From the NCBI GenBank assembly GCA_002269645.1, contig NIVC01002235.1:124001-188000 (forward strand): a stretch of DNA of 64,000 bases, given 5' to 3'. A program made the position numbers and the translations under genes. The number at the start of each line of letters is the position of its first letter. Position 1 is the stretch's first letter. This document shows, one piece after another, positions 48,126 through 61,150 of the stretch. The DNA is from Macrostomum lignano. Its lineage: Eukaryota. The notes below the pieces were generated by a model. It was not told the origin of the DNA. It saw nothing but the letters and a program-made list of their open reading frames with translations, and searched no databases.

Positions 48126-51100
48126 ATGGACATCGCCAAGATTCTGGACCTGTCATCTCAAGCGGCGCCATCAGGAGATACGGCAGAGGTCCCGTCAGCT
48201 GGAACTGACAGTCCCGAAGATGCTTCGGTATTAGAAGTTTCAACTACAACTGCAGCAACAGCAGCAGCGGTAGCAGCCGAGCCCGGAGACTCGGGAAAAT
48301 TGCAGCAACTGCAGTGTAGGAATGATCTTAGGTAAGAACAACTTCGGAATTCCCTGCAATTCATACCTCAAGCACCACATAGAGAATGACTGCGGACCAG
48401 AGGAGGAGATTAAGGAGATGGAGTAGAGGAGAGAGAGACAGAGAGAGAAAAGAAAGCTAGGAGAAAGGCGAATGAATATCAGAGACGAGAGGAGACAAGA
48501 GGAGACGAGAGGAGACGAGAGATGAAATATGAAATGAGGGAGGAGAGAAGCGAGAGGGAGAGGAGAGAGGAGAGAGGAGAGAGGAGAGAGGAGAGAGGAG
48601 AGAGGAGAGAAGGGAGAGGGAGAGGAGAGAGGAGAGAAGCGAGAGGGAGAGGAGAGAGGAGAGAGGAGAGAGGAGAGAGGAGAGAGGAGAGAAGGGAGAG
48701 GGAGAGGAGAGAGGAGAGAGGAGAGAAGGGAGAGGGAGAGGAGAGAGGAGAGAGGAGAGAAGGGAGAGGGAGAGGAGAGAGGAGAGAGGAGAGAAGGGAG
48801 AAGGAGAGGAGAGAGGAGAGAGGAGAGAGGAGAGAAGGGAGAAGGCGAGAGGAGAGAGGAGAGAGGAGAGAAGGGAGAAGGCGAGAGGAGAGAGGAGAGA
48901 GGAGAGAAGGGAGAAGGCGAGAGGAGAGAGGAGAGAGGAGAGAAGGGAGAAGGTGAGAGGAGAGAGGAGAGAGGAGAGAAGGGAGAGGGGAGAGGAGAGA
49001 GGAGAGATGGGAGAGGGGAGAGGAGAGAGGGGAGAAGGAGAGGAGAGAGGAGAGAGGAGAGAAGGGAGAAGGCGAGAGGAGAGAGGAGAGATGGGAGAGG
49101 GGAGAGGAGAGAGGAGAGATGGGAGAGGGGAGAGGAGAGAGGGGAGAAGGAGAGGAGAGAGGAGAGAGGAGAGAAGGGAGAAGGCGAGAGGAGAGAGGAG
49201 AGAGGAGAGAAGGGAGAAGGCGAGAGGAGAGAGGAGAGAGGAGAGAAGGGAGAAGGTGAGAGGGGAGAGGAGAGAGGAGAGATGGGAGAGGGGAGAGGAG
49301 AGAGGAGAGATGGGAGAGGGGAGAGGAGAGAGGGGAGAAGGAGAGGAGAGAGGAGAGAGGAGAGAAGGGAGAAGGAGAGGAGAGAGGAGAGAGGAGAGAG
49401 GAGAGAAGGGAGAAGGCGAGAGGAGAGAGGAGAGAGGAGAGAAGGGAGAAGGTGAGAGGGGAGAGGAGTGAGGAGAGATGGGAGAGGGGAGAGGAGAGAG
49501 GAGAGATGGGAGAGGGGAGAGGAGAGAGGGGAAAGGCGAGAGGGGAGAGGAGAGAGGAGAGAGGGGAAAAGCGAGAGGAGAGAGGGGAGAGGAGAGAGGG
49601 GAAATGCGAGAGGAGAGAGGGGAGAGGAGAGAGGAGAAAGGCGAGAGGAGAGAGGGGAGAGGAGAGAGGAGACGCGGAGAGAGATGGTAAAAAGAAGAAG
49701 AAAGAAAAGAGAAGAGAGAGGCGATCAGATCGAAGAGAGCTGAGAAGAGCCACAAACAAACATTGAGCGGACTGGATTGTTGCTGAGCAGTTTCAAAGGA
49801 CCCGAGAGCCGGATAGAGAGGCTTCGCGGGTCGGAGTTTGACAATCCATTTTCAGAACTCAATTCCTTCTACACAACTTCTATTCAATGTCTGAATTGCT
49901 CTCTCGGAGTCTCTCGCTTTGTAGAATTCTAAAAGAATTTTTAGCTAATTCGAATACGCTCGTAATTGTTCAGAAGTTCTACGCTTCTAATTGGAGTAAT
50001 GTCTTTACCGAAGAAATTGACGCTCAAGTTTGCTGTCAGTCTGCAGAAACTCAACCCCAATCCCAATATTCTTTTTAAAAAGTAAATTCTTCTTATCCTT
50101 GCAATGACACTTGCAAGAAAACTGTATATTAATTGGCAAAGTTGTGGAGCTGGCGTGGGCTGAATTGATGGAAGCTGGACAAAGTCTGCAGAACGAGTTA
50201 AAAGAATTCTACATCATGAGGGCAAATACATCATTAAATTTCTTGAGCCGGGCTGCGCGCAACTCAAGTGGCTCTCGATGCATGGGGGTGGCTGTTGGTT
50301 TTGAAAGTGTAGTGAGAGTCTTACAGCTGTGTACTGACTTTTCCACGAACGCCTTGCAATTTTTTCTCACGCGATGATATCCCAATAATCCCCACCTTTA
50401 GCAGCAGTCATCAACAGGTGGATGGGAGGTCCGTCTTGGAGAGTTGAGCAGGGTTGAGTTTGCAGATGGAGACTTCGGGGATGTGGAGAGCGAGCTCCCC
50501 AGCTCAATGCAACTTTGTCTCAACGGGTTGCCCTCTGAATACACAAAAACAGGCCATGAGGCAAGACGCATCTGCCATTGGGTTTCACAAGCCCTACTCG
50601 AGCTGCAGCACTCCATTCTGCTCAAATGCAAGCATTCCTAGATAATAGGCAATTGTTACCCTCTATAAGGCTCAATATGGAATCTTGCGCTTCTTAAGTT
50701 TTTTAGCAAACACCCATGCACCAACCCTTTAACAAGCAGCGCAAACATCTCTGAGAATCCTCACTGCTATCGGATCTGATAGACACATAAAAGCCTCTAC
50801 TCAAGACTGCAACTGCAAGCCGCGGCATCACTGAGCTGCGCATGCAGTGCGTATTGAGCGAAACTGACAATTATGGAGGATTTTGAGTTTTTTTCTGCAT
50901 CGTGTGCAGCTTTCTCTCAGTGCACTTCTCAATGAGGATCGAGTGCATTGGTATAATAGATGATTGATCAGCTAATGACGATATAATTGCTCTTGCTCAA
51001 GGAGGCTCAACATCTTCTTCACGTTTGACTCGAATTGTTGTCAATCTTCACTTTTTGACCCGAGGCTCAGCAATATAACTCTGATGATGGATGATGAGAA

Positions 51101-54100
51101 TTGAAGAGCAGGTGCTCAGAGCGAAGACAGACTTGTTTACAGTAGCTCTGAAGATATGCACTCAATGCCTATTGGAGATGAGTAGATGGGGCACCTGACC
51201 CCCTAGAATTGAGACGCGGAGGATAACGCCTCCTTCAAAAAGCGCTCAGCTGCAGTGGGGAAGTTCCAGTCAAAATTTCATTTGTTTAAAGCTTTTAAAA
51301 ACCACATGCAGTCCGAGGAGCCTCTCTATCAGGCCCTCGGGTCCTTTAAAACTTCACAATAGCAATCCGCCCCTACTCAGCTCCGCCCCTACTTGTGTCT
51401 CTACTCAGCTCTCTTCTCTTTTCTCGCCTCTTCAATCCCTTCTCTCTCCGATCTCCTCTCCTCTCGTCTCTCGTCTCTCCTCTCCAGTTTCGCCTATCCT
51501 CTCTCCTCTCATCTCTCCTCTCCAGTTTCGCCTATCCTCTCTCCTCTCTCCTCTGTCCTCTCCTCTCTAGTTTCGCCTATCCTCTCTCCTCTCATCTCTC
51601 CTCTCCAGTTTCGCCTATCCTCTCTCCTCTCTCCTCTGTCCTCTCCTCTCCAGTTTCGCCTATCCTCTCTCCTCTCATCTCTCCTCTCCAGTTTCGCCTA
51701 TCCTCTCTCCTCTCTCCTCTCTCCTCTCTCCTCTCTCCTCTCTCCTCTCTCCTCTCTCCTTTCTCCTTTCTCCTCTCTCCTCTCTCCTCTCTCCTTTCTC
51801 CTCTCTCCTCTCTCCTCTCTCCTCTCTCCCCTCTTCTCTCTCCCCTCTCCTCTCTCCCCTCTTTCGTATCCTCTCTCCTCTCTCCTCTCTCCTCTCTCCT
51901 CTCTCCTCTCTCCTCTCTCCCCTCTTTCGTATCCTCTCTCCTCTCTCCTCTCTCCCCTCTTTCGTATCCTCTCTCCTCTCTCCTCTCTCCCCTCTTTCGT
52001 ATCCTCTCTCCTCTCTCCTCTCTTATCTCTCCTCTCTCCTCTCTCCTCTGTCCTCTCTCCTCTCTCCCCTCTCCTCTCTCCTCTCTCGTCTCTCCCCTAC
52101 TTCGTATCCTCTCTCTTCTCTTCTCTTTTATCCACTCGCCTCTCCTTTCTCCTATCTCTCTTCTCTCTTCCCTTCTTCCCTCTCGCTCTTCTCTCCCTTC
52201 GGGCCCGCAGTGATGTGCTAGATTCTTTATCCGGCCTTTGAGGTAAAGATTTTGCCGACCCCTGCTGTTACTCAAATAAAAATATCAAAGAAACTTCTCT
52301 GTAAAAATGAACTTTTTTGTATTTTTGCATCTTTCAGCGACTTAACGGGCTCATTGACTCGAGCCCGCTCGGATCTCGAAGTCGCAGTCAGGCACTGCGA
52401 GGAACAAAGTCGACGAGTAGATCGGTACGGTCGCGAGCTCGAATCTCTGCAACAGGAGCGCCTGGCCCAGGTGGAGCAGCTCCGACAGTTGCACGTGGAA
52501 ATTTCCAGCGTAAGCAATGACTCTATTTGTACTAGTAAGCAGCACTTCGCTTGAAACTCGTACAAATATGCTTCTCTGTCTTTGGGGAAATTTTTCACAG
52601 GTCAATATATATTTAAATTTGATATAATCGCCCACAAAGTCACAGAATCGCTCACAGAAACCCCATACAACATAGAATCACCCACAGAACCATAGAATTG
52701 CCCACAGAACTATAAATTCGCCCACAGAACCATAGAATCACCTACAGAACCATAGAATCACCACAAAACCATAGAATCACCCACAGAACCATAGAATCAC
52801 CGACAGAACCATAGAATCACCCACAGAACGATAGAATTGCCCACAGAACCATAGAATCGCCCACAGAACCATAGAATTGCCCACAGAACTATAAATTCGC
52901 CCACAGAACCATAGAATCACCCACAGAACCATAGAATCACCACAAAACCATAGAATCACCCACAGAACGATAGAATTGCCCACAGAACCATAGAATCACC
53001 CACAGAACGATAGAATCACCCACAGAACCATAGAATCGTCCACAGAACCATAGAATCACCCACAAAACCATAGAATCACCCACAGAACAATAGAATCACC
53101 CACAGAACCATAGAACCACCCACAGAACGATAGAATCGCCTACAGAACCATAGAATCGTCCACAGAACGATAGAATCGCCCACAGAACCATAGAATCGTC
53201 CACAGAACAATAGAATCACCCACAGAACCATAGAATCGCCCACAGAACCATAGAATCGCCCACAGAACCATAGAATCGCCCACAGAACGATAGAATCACC
53301 CACAGAACCATAGAATCGCCCACAGAACCATAGAATCGCCCACAGAACAATAGAATCGCCCCTAAAGCTCCATATCGGATAACCAAAACAATTATCATGG
53401 TCACGTAGAATCATTGCTTCCGTTTCAGCGAGCGGTTGACATTTCAATTATAATTCTACAATTATATTGGAGACTTGCTTCGTTGCTAAAACACATTCAC
53501 TTCCATATAGCCTGCATATGAAGATTACGTAATCCATTAGCACTTGGTGCTGCTTGAAGTTCCATGTTCAATCTTTTTAAGCACCCATCTAGCGATACAG
53601 ATCTATCTCTTATTCTGCATCTTCCCTTGACATATTTCGTGCTGGTCAGTAAGGGCTATCATGTCTAGAAATTTGAAGATTTTTTCAAAGCATTAACATT
53701 TTTGTTGTCTTCTTTTGCAACATGTCAATCGGAAGATATGTTAGTGTTTGTCAGTAGAAACAAAAAACATTTGCTGTTTCTGCAAAAAGGAGAAGAGAGA
53801 TCAGATACAGAAATCTCCAGTGCCCCAAAGTATTTGACCCCTGAACTGAACTGATGGGAGCTGTGTGCATGGAATATCTCACAAGCCCAAAACTTCATAT
53901 AGGCTTTGTACGGAATTTCCCATTGTCAAAAAACTCTTGCTAACTAATTCCGCTAGCTTAACAACTTAAACTAATTTGACAATGTGAAATTTCGAGCTTG
54001 TGAAGAATCGAGCTTGTGAAGGATCAAGCTTGTGAAGAATCGAGTCTGTGAAGAATCGAGTCTGTGAAGAATCGAGTGTGTGAGGAATCGAGTGTGTGAA

Positions 54101-57100
54101 GAATCGAGTGTGTGAAGAATCGAGTGTGTGAAGAATCGAGCTTGTGAAGAATCGAGTCTGTGAAGAATCGAGCTTGTGAAGAATCGAGTCTGTGAAGAAT
54201 CGAGTTTGTGAAGAATCGAGTTTGTGAAGAATCGAGTTTGTGAAGAATCGAGTGTGTGAAGAATCGAGTTTGTGAAGAATCGAGTGTGTGAAGAATCGAG
54301 CTTGTGAAGGATCGAGTCTGTGAAGAATCGAGCTTGTGAAGAATCGAGTCTGTGACGAATCGAGCTTGTGAAGAATCGAGTTTGTGAAGAATCGAGTTTG
54401 TGAAGAATCGAGTGTGTGAAGAATCGAGTTTGTGAAGAATCGAGCTTGTGAAGAATCGAGCTTGTGAAGAATCGAGTCTGTGAAGAATCGAGCTTGTGAA
54501 GAATCGAGTCTGTGAAGAATCGAGTTTGTGAAGAATCGAGTTTGTGAAGAATCGAGTCTGTGAAGAATCGAGTTTGTGAAGAATCGAGCTTCGAACTTTT
54601 CTGTCTTCCTCTGAAAACAAGATCTTTCAAGATGGCTTGGAAGAATGAAAGAAGGGTCGCACGGTTCCGAAGCCATTTGAACTGAGAGGCAGAAAATTAA
54701 GGAAGCGATTTAAAAGATAAGAAGATATACATGTGTCTAACAAAAATGACGACTTTATTAAAACGCTAATAATTGTATTGTTCCAATTATTTTATACACT
54801 TTAAGACCCGGAAAATCTAGTCAATAACTCTATTAGCAATAGTTTGCATTCGATTTCTGCCGATCAATATCGATAGCTGATATTGCTAAGAGTAAGGATT
54901 GCTGGGAGTTCACACCACCTGCTGTGTTTGCCCAATTAGTGTCAATAACCAATCAGAGATGCTAAGAGTTTGCACAGTTCAGTTCAGTAAGAAGTGTCTA
55001 CACTGTGTAGTTGTGTCAGTCATTTTTCTCTCACCACGCTGTTCCTCATTTCTCCAGTTCCCCTCCAGCTCCCCTTTCTCCAGATCTTCATCTCATTATT
55101 TAATAGTGAAATTTTTGCTAGCAATTTCTAGCTATAGTTTTTAACGATCTGTTTAAACAGGTCAACTTTGACAGTGAGCAAGTATTGTTTCAAGAGCTCA
55201 ACTCACTCAGGTCCATATTGTAGACAGAACGAGGAGTGGGAGAAAAGAGGGGAGAGGTCCAGAATCTCTTCTTCATCATCGTTTCAGACTCCTATTATAC
55301 GGTAAATCCCATTAGAAAGCTGAATCGTTTAATCAGGTTGAGAGAAGGCTTGAGTCGGCGGTATAAGCTTGGTTTACGCTGTGTCAACACGTTCTGGGGA
55401 GTTCCGAAGAGAGTCAGTCAGTCTCAAGTCTGAAAGGGTTTTTGAAGCGATATTGAGAAAGTGACTGATGATCTCCAGTCTTTGAGTTCTGTATAAGCAA
55501 TAGAAACCCCCCTTGAAGCTCGCTTTACACACATATTAGTGCCTGAGTGCAGGGATTGGCATCTTCAGTTTCATTCTTGACCCACTGCGATCGAGGCCCT
55601 ATACGTATATGCGCATGGAGGTCTTTAGGAAAAATATAGCAAACAGACCAGCAACTTGGCTTTTATACTTGGCGGTGCCTGACCGTTGAAATTGGGAGGC
55701 GGCGGGCCCGAGAAAGTATGGAGAAAAGCTGGACAAACAAGGCAATCCGAGAGTTCTAAGCCAGCCGACGGTTCCCCGAAAATCCCCAAAAAACAAAGGT
55801 GTTTCGGTTTGGGGGAGGACTGCAATAATAAACACCTATAAGACAGGGATGCAGGCTTGAGGATCAAATTGTTTGCACACTCCTGCGCAGTGTGGGTGTC
55901 CGGCTAAACCTTATCGAATAGATTTTTTTCTCTTGGCAAAAAATGGCTAATTTTTTTTCTTGTGCGGAAAATAGCGGAGAATGCCGAGAGCCGCGTGAAT
56001 AGGAGATGTCAGCTGTCTGTCACGATCGCTGGCCAAATGTAAAAAAGAAGAATTCGATTCCCAAAGTCTGGCAAACTTGCAATGCGGTCTTTGAATTCCT
56101 CAGCAACTTAGGTGGCCGGTTTTCCGTCTGCTGGTCTGAGGAATGCTGCAAGAGGGTTGGACAACTCTCGATGGTTTTCTAAAATTGTGCATAATATGCA
56201 TCTATTGTTTGTTTATATTGTTTTGATAACTACGAGTATTGAATTACATGTATATAGGATGTTAAAACAGGCTGAAGACAGAAAGAGTATTGAGTGAGAT
56301 ATGGAGAGACTACTGAGTGAGATACGGAGTGCTGAGTGAGATATGGAGAGAGTGCTGAGTGAGATATGTAGAGAGTGCTGAGTGAGATATGGAGAGAGCA
56401 TTGAGTGAGATGGAGAGAGTGCTGAGTGAGATATGGAGAGAGCATTGAGTGAGATGGAGAGAGTGCTGAGTGAGATATGGAGAGAGCGTTGAGTGAGATA
56501 TGGAGAAGATATGGAGAGAGTGTTGAGTGAGATAGAGAGATTAGTAAGTCATAATTCGTTATCCGTTGATATTACGCAATGTAATTTTAACAAGCCGTGT
56601 CCTGTCCCCACAGCTGGAATCCAACTTGAAGCGCTCCGAAAGCGAACAGTCCGCGAGTTGCAACGCCTCCGCTGCCTGTTGGACACCTACGGCCTGTTGC
56701 TAGGTCAGGTGAATCGACTGCGAATGAAATGCGGCCTCGAGCCTCTGCAGGACTTTCGGAACACTGGCGGACTCAATGTCGAGTGAGTTGATGCATGCCA
56801 CACCATGGGATTATCTGGAGCCCCCTAGGGGGGTTTGATTGCTAGTCTAATTGACTAAAATATTGAAATTCAAGTAGGAACCGGTTTAAATGCAGCAATA
56901 AAGTTTGAGTTCGATTTCAGTTAAGAAGTTTTTTACGAGCCGTAGCATTAAATTAATTTTTTATTAAGCTATTTTCTTTATTATATGCAAAAAGTGCAAC
57001 CAAAGACAGTAACGGAAGCAAGCAAAGTTCCTAATGTACTTTTATATGTGAAGTCTTATAGCTCGAAACGTGGATATTTTTCGACCGAGTAAAAATCCCC

Positions 57101-58109
57101 AGTCAAATCTTTTCGAAATCCGTTTAGACAAAAAGCCGTATCTTGAGCAATTCCGCTTCTCAATGATGTATTTTTAAGCTGTATTTTTAGCATAACTACG
57201 AATACTGTAGCTTCAAAAGTTCAGGGCTTACTTTGCAGAATAAAATTCCTGTCTCTCAAACATAATTCAAAGTACATGTAGTGGCAAGTCTTTAAAAATA
57301 TTCCCGTACATTGACACGTGTTGTGCGAGCTTGCGAGCAGTGGAGTTGGTTATTATGTCATGATTTCAAAAAAAGTACTCCTCCGGTTTTAACCACCCCT
57401 AATCCCGAATTGCATCCAGCATCGCGAACAAATGCGGTCAGATCCCGATGGGCAACAATGGGTCAGCCGCGGCCGCGGCAGCCGCTTTGGACTTCATGAG
57501 CCGGCACCTGCTGGGTTTCGGTACGCCGTTCCTGCCGAATTTTGGCGGCGTCGGCGGCGGCGGTGGTGGCGGAGCATTCCTGCCGTCGCCTCCCGGATCT
57601 GCCGTCTATCATCATCTCCAGCATCAGCACCAGCAGCATCATCAGCATCAGCATAATCAGCAGCAGCAACAGTCGCTGCCACCGCCTCCACCGCCGATGT
57701 CCGCGGCAGCAGCAGCCGCTGCCGCCGCTGTAGCAGCCGCCGCCGCAGCCGCCGTCAGCTCTTCGTCGAGCAGCCTGTGCGGCCGGCTCTACCCTCCTCC
57801 TCACCCGCACTCCCTGACCCGAGGCCGGGCAGCTCAAACGCCGCCCTGCACCAGCCGGCAGCTCTGTCAACAACTTCCTCGTCCTGCCCATCGGCTGGCG
57901 TCTCCATGCAGCAGCCGATGCCGCAAGTCTGTGCCACGGCCACGGCCGCCGCCGCCTTTCGACAGCAACCGCCGCCGATGAAAGCTTGCACCTCCTGCCA
58001 CCAGCAGATTCACCGGAATGCGCCAATCTGCCCGCTCTGCAAAGCCAAGAGCCGGTCTAAGAATCCCAAGAAGCAGAAGCGAAAGATTGACGGCTCGCTG
58101 ATTGGTTGA
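48126..58109 (+). CDS. ZC4H2: Zinc finger C4H2-type containing protein, two apparent frameshifts
   Basis: Exons 48126-48331, 52338-52509, 56614-56782, 57420-58109. Coiled coil [37 protein letters not shown] and C-terminal [39 protein letters not shown], essentially the conserved ZC4H2 tail. Exon 3 lacks one base near 56650; a second shift lies near 57780. Confidence 0.92.
48400..49835 (+). mobile_element. hAT-like non-autonomous element with an internal GAGAG-rich array
   Basis: GA array at 48480-49700 followed by the right-end sequence shared with 24130-24265. Confidence 0.6.
51390..52264 (-). mobile_element. Second hAT-like GA-array element in inverted orientation
   Basis: Minus strand begins CAGGGGTCGGCAAAATC at 52264, then CACTGCGGGCCCG, a GA array (CTCTC on plus, 51405-52195) and AGAGCTGAGTAGAGACACAAG. 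Confidence 0.65.
52655..53362. repeat. 20-bp minisatellite (CACAGAACCATAGAATCACC)n
   Basis: Tandem units visible directly. Confidence 0.95.
53985..54592. repeat. 16-bp minisatellite (TGTGAAGAATCGAGTT)n
   Basis: Tandem units visible directly. Confidence 0.95.
56290..56540. repeat. About 23-bp minisatellite (ATATGGAGAGAGTGCTGAGTGAG)n
   Basis: Degenerate tandem units. Confidence 0.88.
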
Positions 58110-59279
58110 GAGACTCTCAGTATCTCCCTGACCGAAAATTGACATGCAGATCGAGCGTTTCACTTTTGCATGCAATCGGGGACTATAAAACTAACTAATA
58201 ATATGGTTCGTTTAGCGATCGATATCTATAACAAACATGAAAGTCAAGCGTTGCCTTCAAACTACAGTTTAAAATGCGAGTTGTTGTTAGCTGTGTAGAT
58301 TGGCAAGCTATATTAAATTTTTGTTTGCGTACAAACTTGTTTGACTACATATTGTATGTCTATATTATTTGCCACTTTTTTTATCTTGTATGTAATTCAT
58401 TTCTCTGTGTACTTATTAAATTCTGATTTCGTTAAATGTCCTAGCTATAAACAGCCTGTCAGTTTTATTTGCGTCTGTTTTATCGCACTCGACGCACCCT
58501 TATTATTTTACCCCCGCACCAAATTAAACAACATCACTGTCAATTTTTTAATTTATGCAACTTTCCTTTCTTCAGACCTCAATATTCATTCATGACAAAA
58601 TCAACTTCTATATACTGATGCTGAAATTCTTCTGGGCCATCTGTTTCAAATCTACTAGCTGTAATAGTAAAAATATAACAAAAATCAACCGTTATCAACT
58701 CTTTGTGAGTCGTGCACAAAGTGTACGCATTTAAATCTTTTGGTTACTCATTTGAGTCGCCAGACTATAGAACCAGGACAGAATTAAGGGGTTCCAAACT
58801 TTTAATAGGCAATTAAAAATAGTACAATATACTTTTGGTTAACTTCATGGCATTGTATCATACCTCACTAGCTGTGTGAATAATTTAAATGTAAAAAATC
58901 TTCTGATGTGCTGTGCGTTGCTTAGGACCTTACGTATACAGTACAGGTACTTACACCGCGCCCGCGTGTTCTCATCAAAATGTACGCCATGCTACACAGG
59001 GACGTCGCCAAGGGGGACGGGGCCGGGATATTCCCCACTAAAAGTTGTGGGAGGGGACCAAAAACCAGTGTATACCGGTAACACTACATGCACAATGGTC
59101 CTTGGAGGGGACATGCCAAATGCTTTATAGTCCCAAGAAATTTGCTTCAGGAATTTGAATTTGAAGTGTCTGAGTGTCTGTAGAACCAATGCAAGACTAA
59201 AATACTAACAGTGTACACAACATGCATGTACATTTTGAGTATACATTTTGAGTGTGTACACTGTTAGTACTTTTGTCTT

Positions 59280-61150
59280 GCATTGGGTCTTACAGCCATG
59301 ACAGCAACCAGGCCAGTGCTGCCAGGGACGAGCTGCAGCGCATCCACGCCCAGCGGACTGAAGCCTTCATCGAAGAGGCTGTGGGCGAAATCCAACTCGC
59401 TTGCCACTGACAACTGCCGCCATAGTTCTGCCATAGGACGGCCATCAACCAGCTGACTGGCAGGAAGCCCAAGCCCAACACCATCGTCGGCGCTGATTCC
59501 ACCGAGCACCACAAGGCCCTGCTGGCCACTCACTACTGCGAGGTGCTCAACGCGCCCGTTATAGCTGCGCCTCTTCTGCCAATCCCAGACTCTTCGCTCC
59601 AGCCCAGCCAGGCGCCTTCAACACCGGCCCCATCACTTCGGGCGAGGTTGGCCGAGCACTGAAGATCATGCGAGCTGACGCCGCCGCTGGGGTGGACGCC
59701 ATCCCTCCCAGGGTCCTGAAGCTGTCCGAGCTCACCCCAATCATTACCAGCCTGCTGAAAAAGCACTGCAGCCTTGAAGGCAACGAGACCGCTTCAGCTC
59801 CTCAGCAATGTGCACCTCCAAGATTGTCTTCATCCTGAAGAAAGGCGCCTCCACCAGCCTGGACAACCAGCGGGCATCGCTCTGGAATGCACAAAGCCGA
59901 AGCTGCACTGAACACAATTCTGCTCAACTGCCTCCTAGCCGGCCTCAACCCACTGCTGCTGAGCCTCCTAGCCCGGCCTCAACCCACTGCTGCTGAGCCT
60001 CCAAAGTGGCTTCCGTCCGGGCAGGTCCACCACCGAGCAGGTTGCCACCATCCGCTCTGTCATCGAGGCCTGCAAGACGGCCGCCAGCGCTCCGTGTCAA
60101 TCATCTTCGTCGACTTTCGTAAGGCGATTGACTCGGTGTCCAGGCCTGCGATCGCGTGGCTTTTATCTCACTATGGTGTACCTGCTGCGCTGGTGATCAC
60201 TGTGATGGACCTCTACCGCGACTCCAGGGCTTTTGTAATCTCGCGCGATGACCCCACAGAAGAGTTCGGCACCAGCTCAGGCGTACTTCAGGGTGACACA
60301 CTGGCTCCTCTGCTCTTTCTCGTGGTTGTGGATTACGTGCTCCGTCGGTCCCTCTGCGAGGACGACAGCTACTTTGCTGGTCTCACGCCGAAGCTCCAGA
60401 CACCCTGCTGTTTCGCTTCCCGCTCTCGCATATGCTGAGGATATCGCGCTGCTTTGCCGCGAACCTGCTGCAGCCCAGTGCGCTCTCACAAGGCTCTGCG
60501 ACGAGGGTGCCCGCGTTGGGCTGCTGGTGAACGCTCGCAAGACGGAGGCGCTGCACGTGGGCACGAATACCACCCCAGCCCAATGGAGACCGCATCGCGG
60601 TGCACGAGGACTTCCGGAACCTCGGTGCCCTTATTATGAACCCCGATGCGATTGTCTCCGACAAGGAGCAACCAGGCCTGGCGCGCCGCGCACCTGCAAA
60701 GGAACGTCTTCAATTCAGCTGCCACAGACGACCTGAAGGTGCGTCTGTTCCGCGTGGCCGTCGAGCCGATCCTCCTGTACGGCATGGAGGCTGTGCCGCT
60801 GACCAAGACGCGAGAGCGAGCCCTGGACGCGCTTTACCGATCGCTGCTGCGCTACGCACTGGGCGTGCGCTACCCGGAGCGCCCGCCTATCAGCGCTACC
60901 CTCCGCTGGCGCCGTCAGATGCTGCTGGGCCACCACTGCCTACGAACCCTGGGCCCGTAGGTGCGCCCGTCCTTCAGGCTCTGCTGCAACGGTCAACCGA
61001 GCAACTGCGCCGCGGCCCGGCCCACACTGCCACTCTGACGGACTGCCTCATTGCTGACTTGCAGGCGCTTGCACTGACCCCTCAGGCAGCTGCCTGCTCC
61101 TCCTGCCTGTTCTGCGAGCGCTTACGCGCTAGGGGTCTACTGTGTGCGCC
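59280..61150 (+). mobile_element. Decayed, 5'-truncated RTE-clade retrotransposon
   Basis: Fragmented RT motifs across frames: AAGVDAIPPRVLK, IIFVDFRKAIDSVSR, GVLQGDTLAPLLFLVVVDYVLR, LAYAEDIALL, GLLVNARKTE, KVRLFRVAVEPILLYGME. Confidence 0.88.

Noticed and set aside
49860-51350. Short ORFs between the GA/CT elements as a possible hAT transposase
   Set aside because: Many stops in all frames and no recognisable DDE or dimerisation motif.
48457-52275. Leu/Ser/Pro-rich and Glu/Arg-rich ORFs
   Set aside because: Translations of GA/CT arrays inside an intron.
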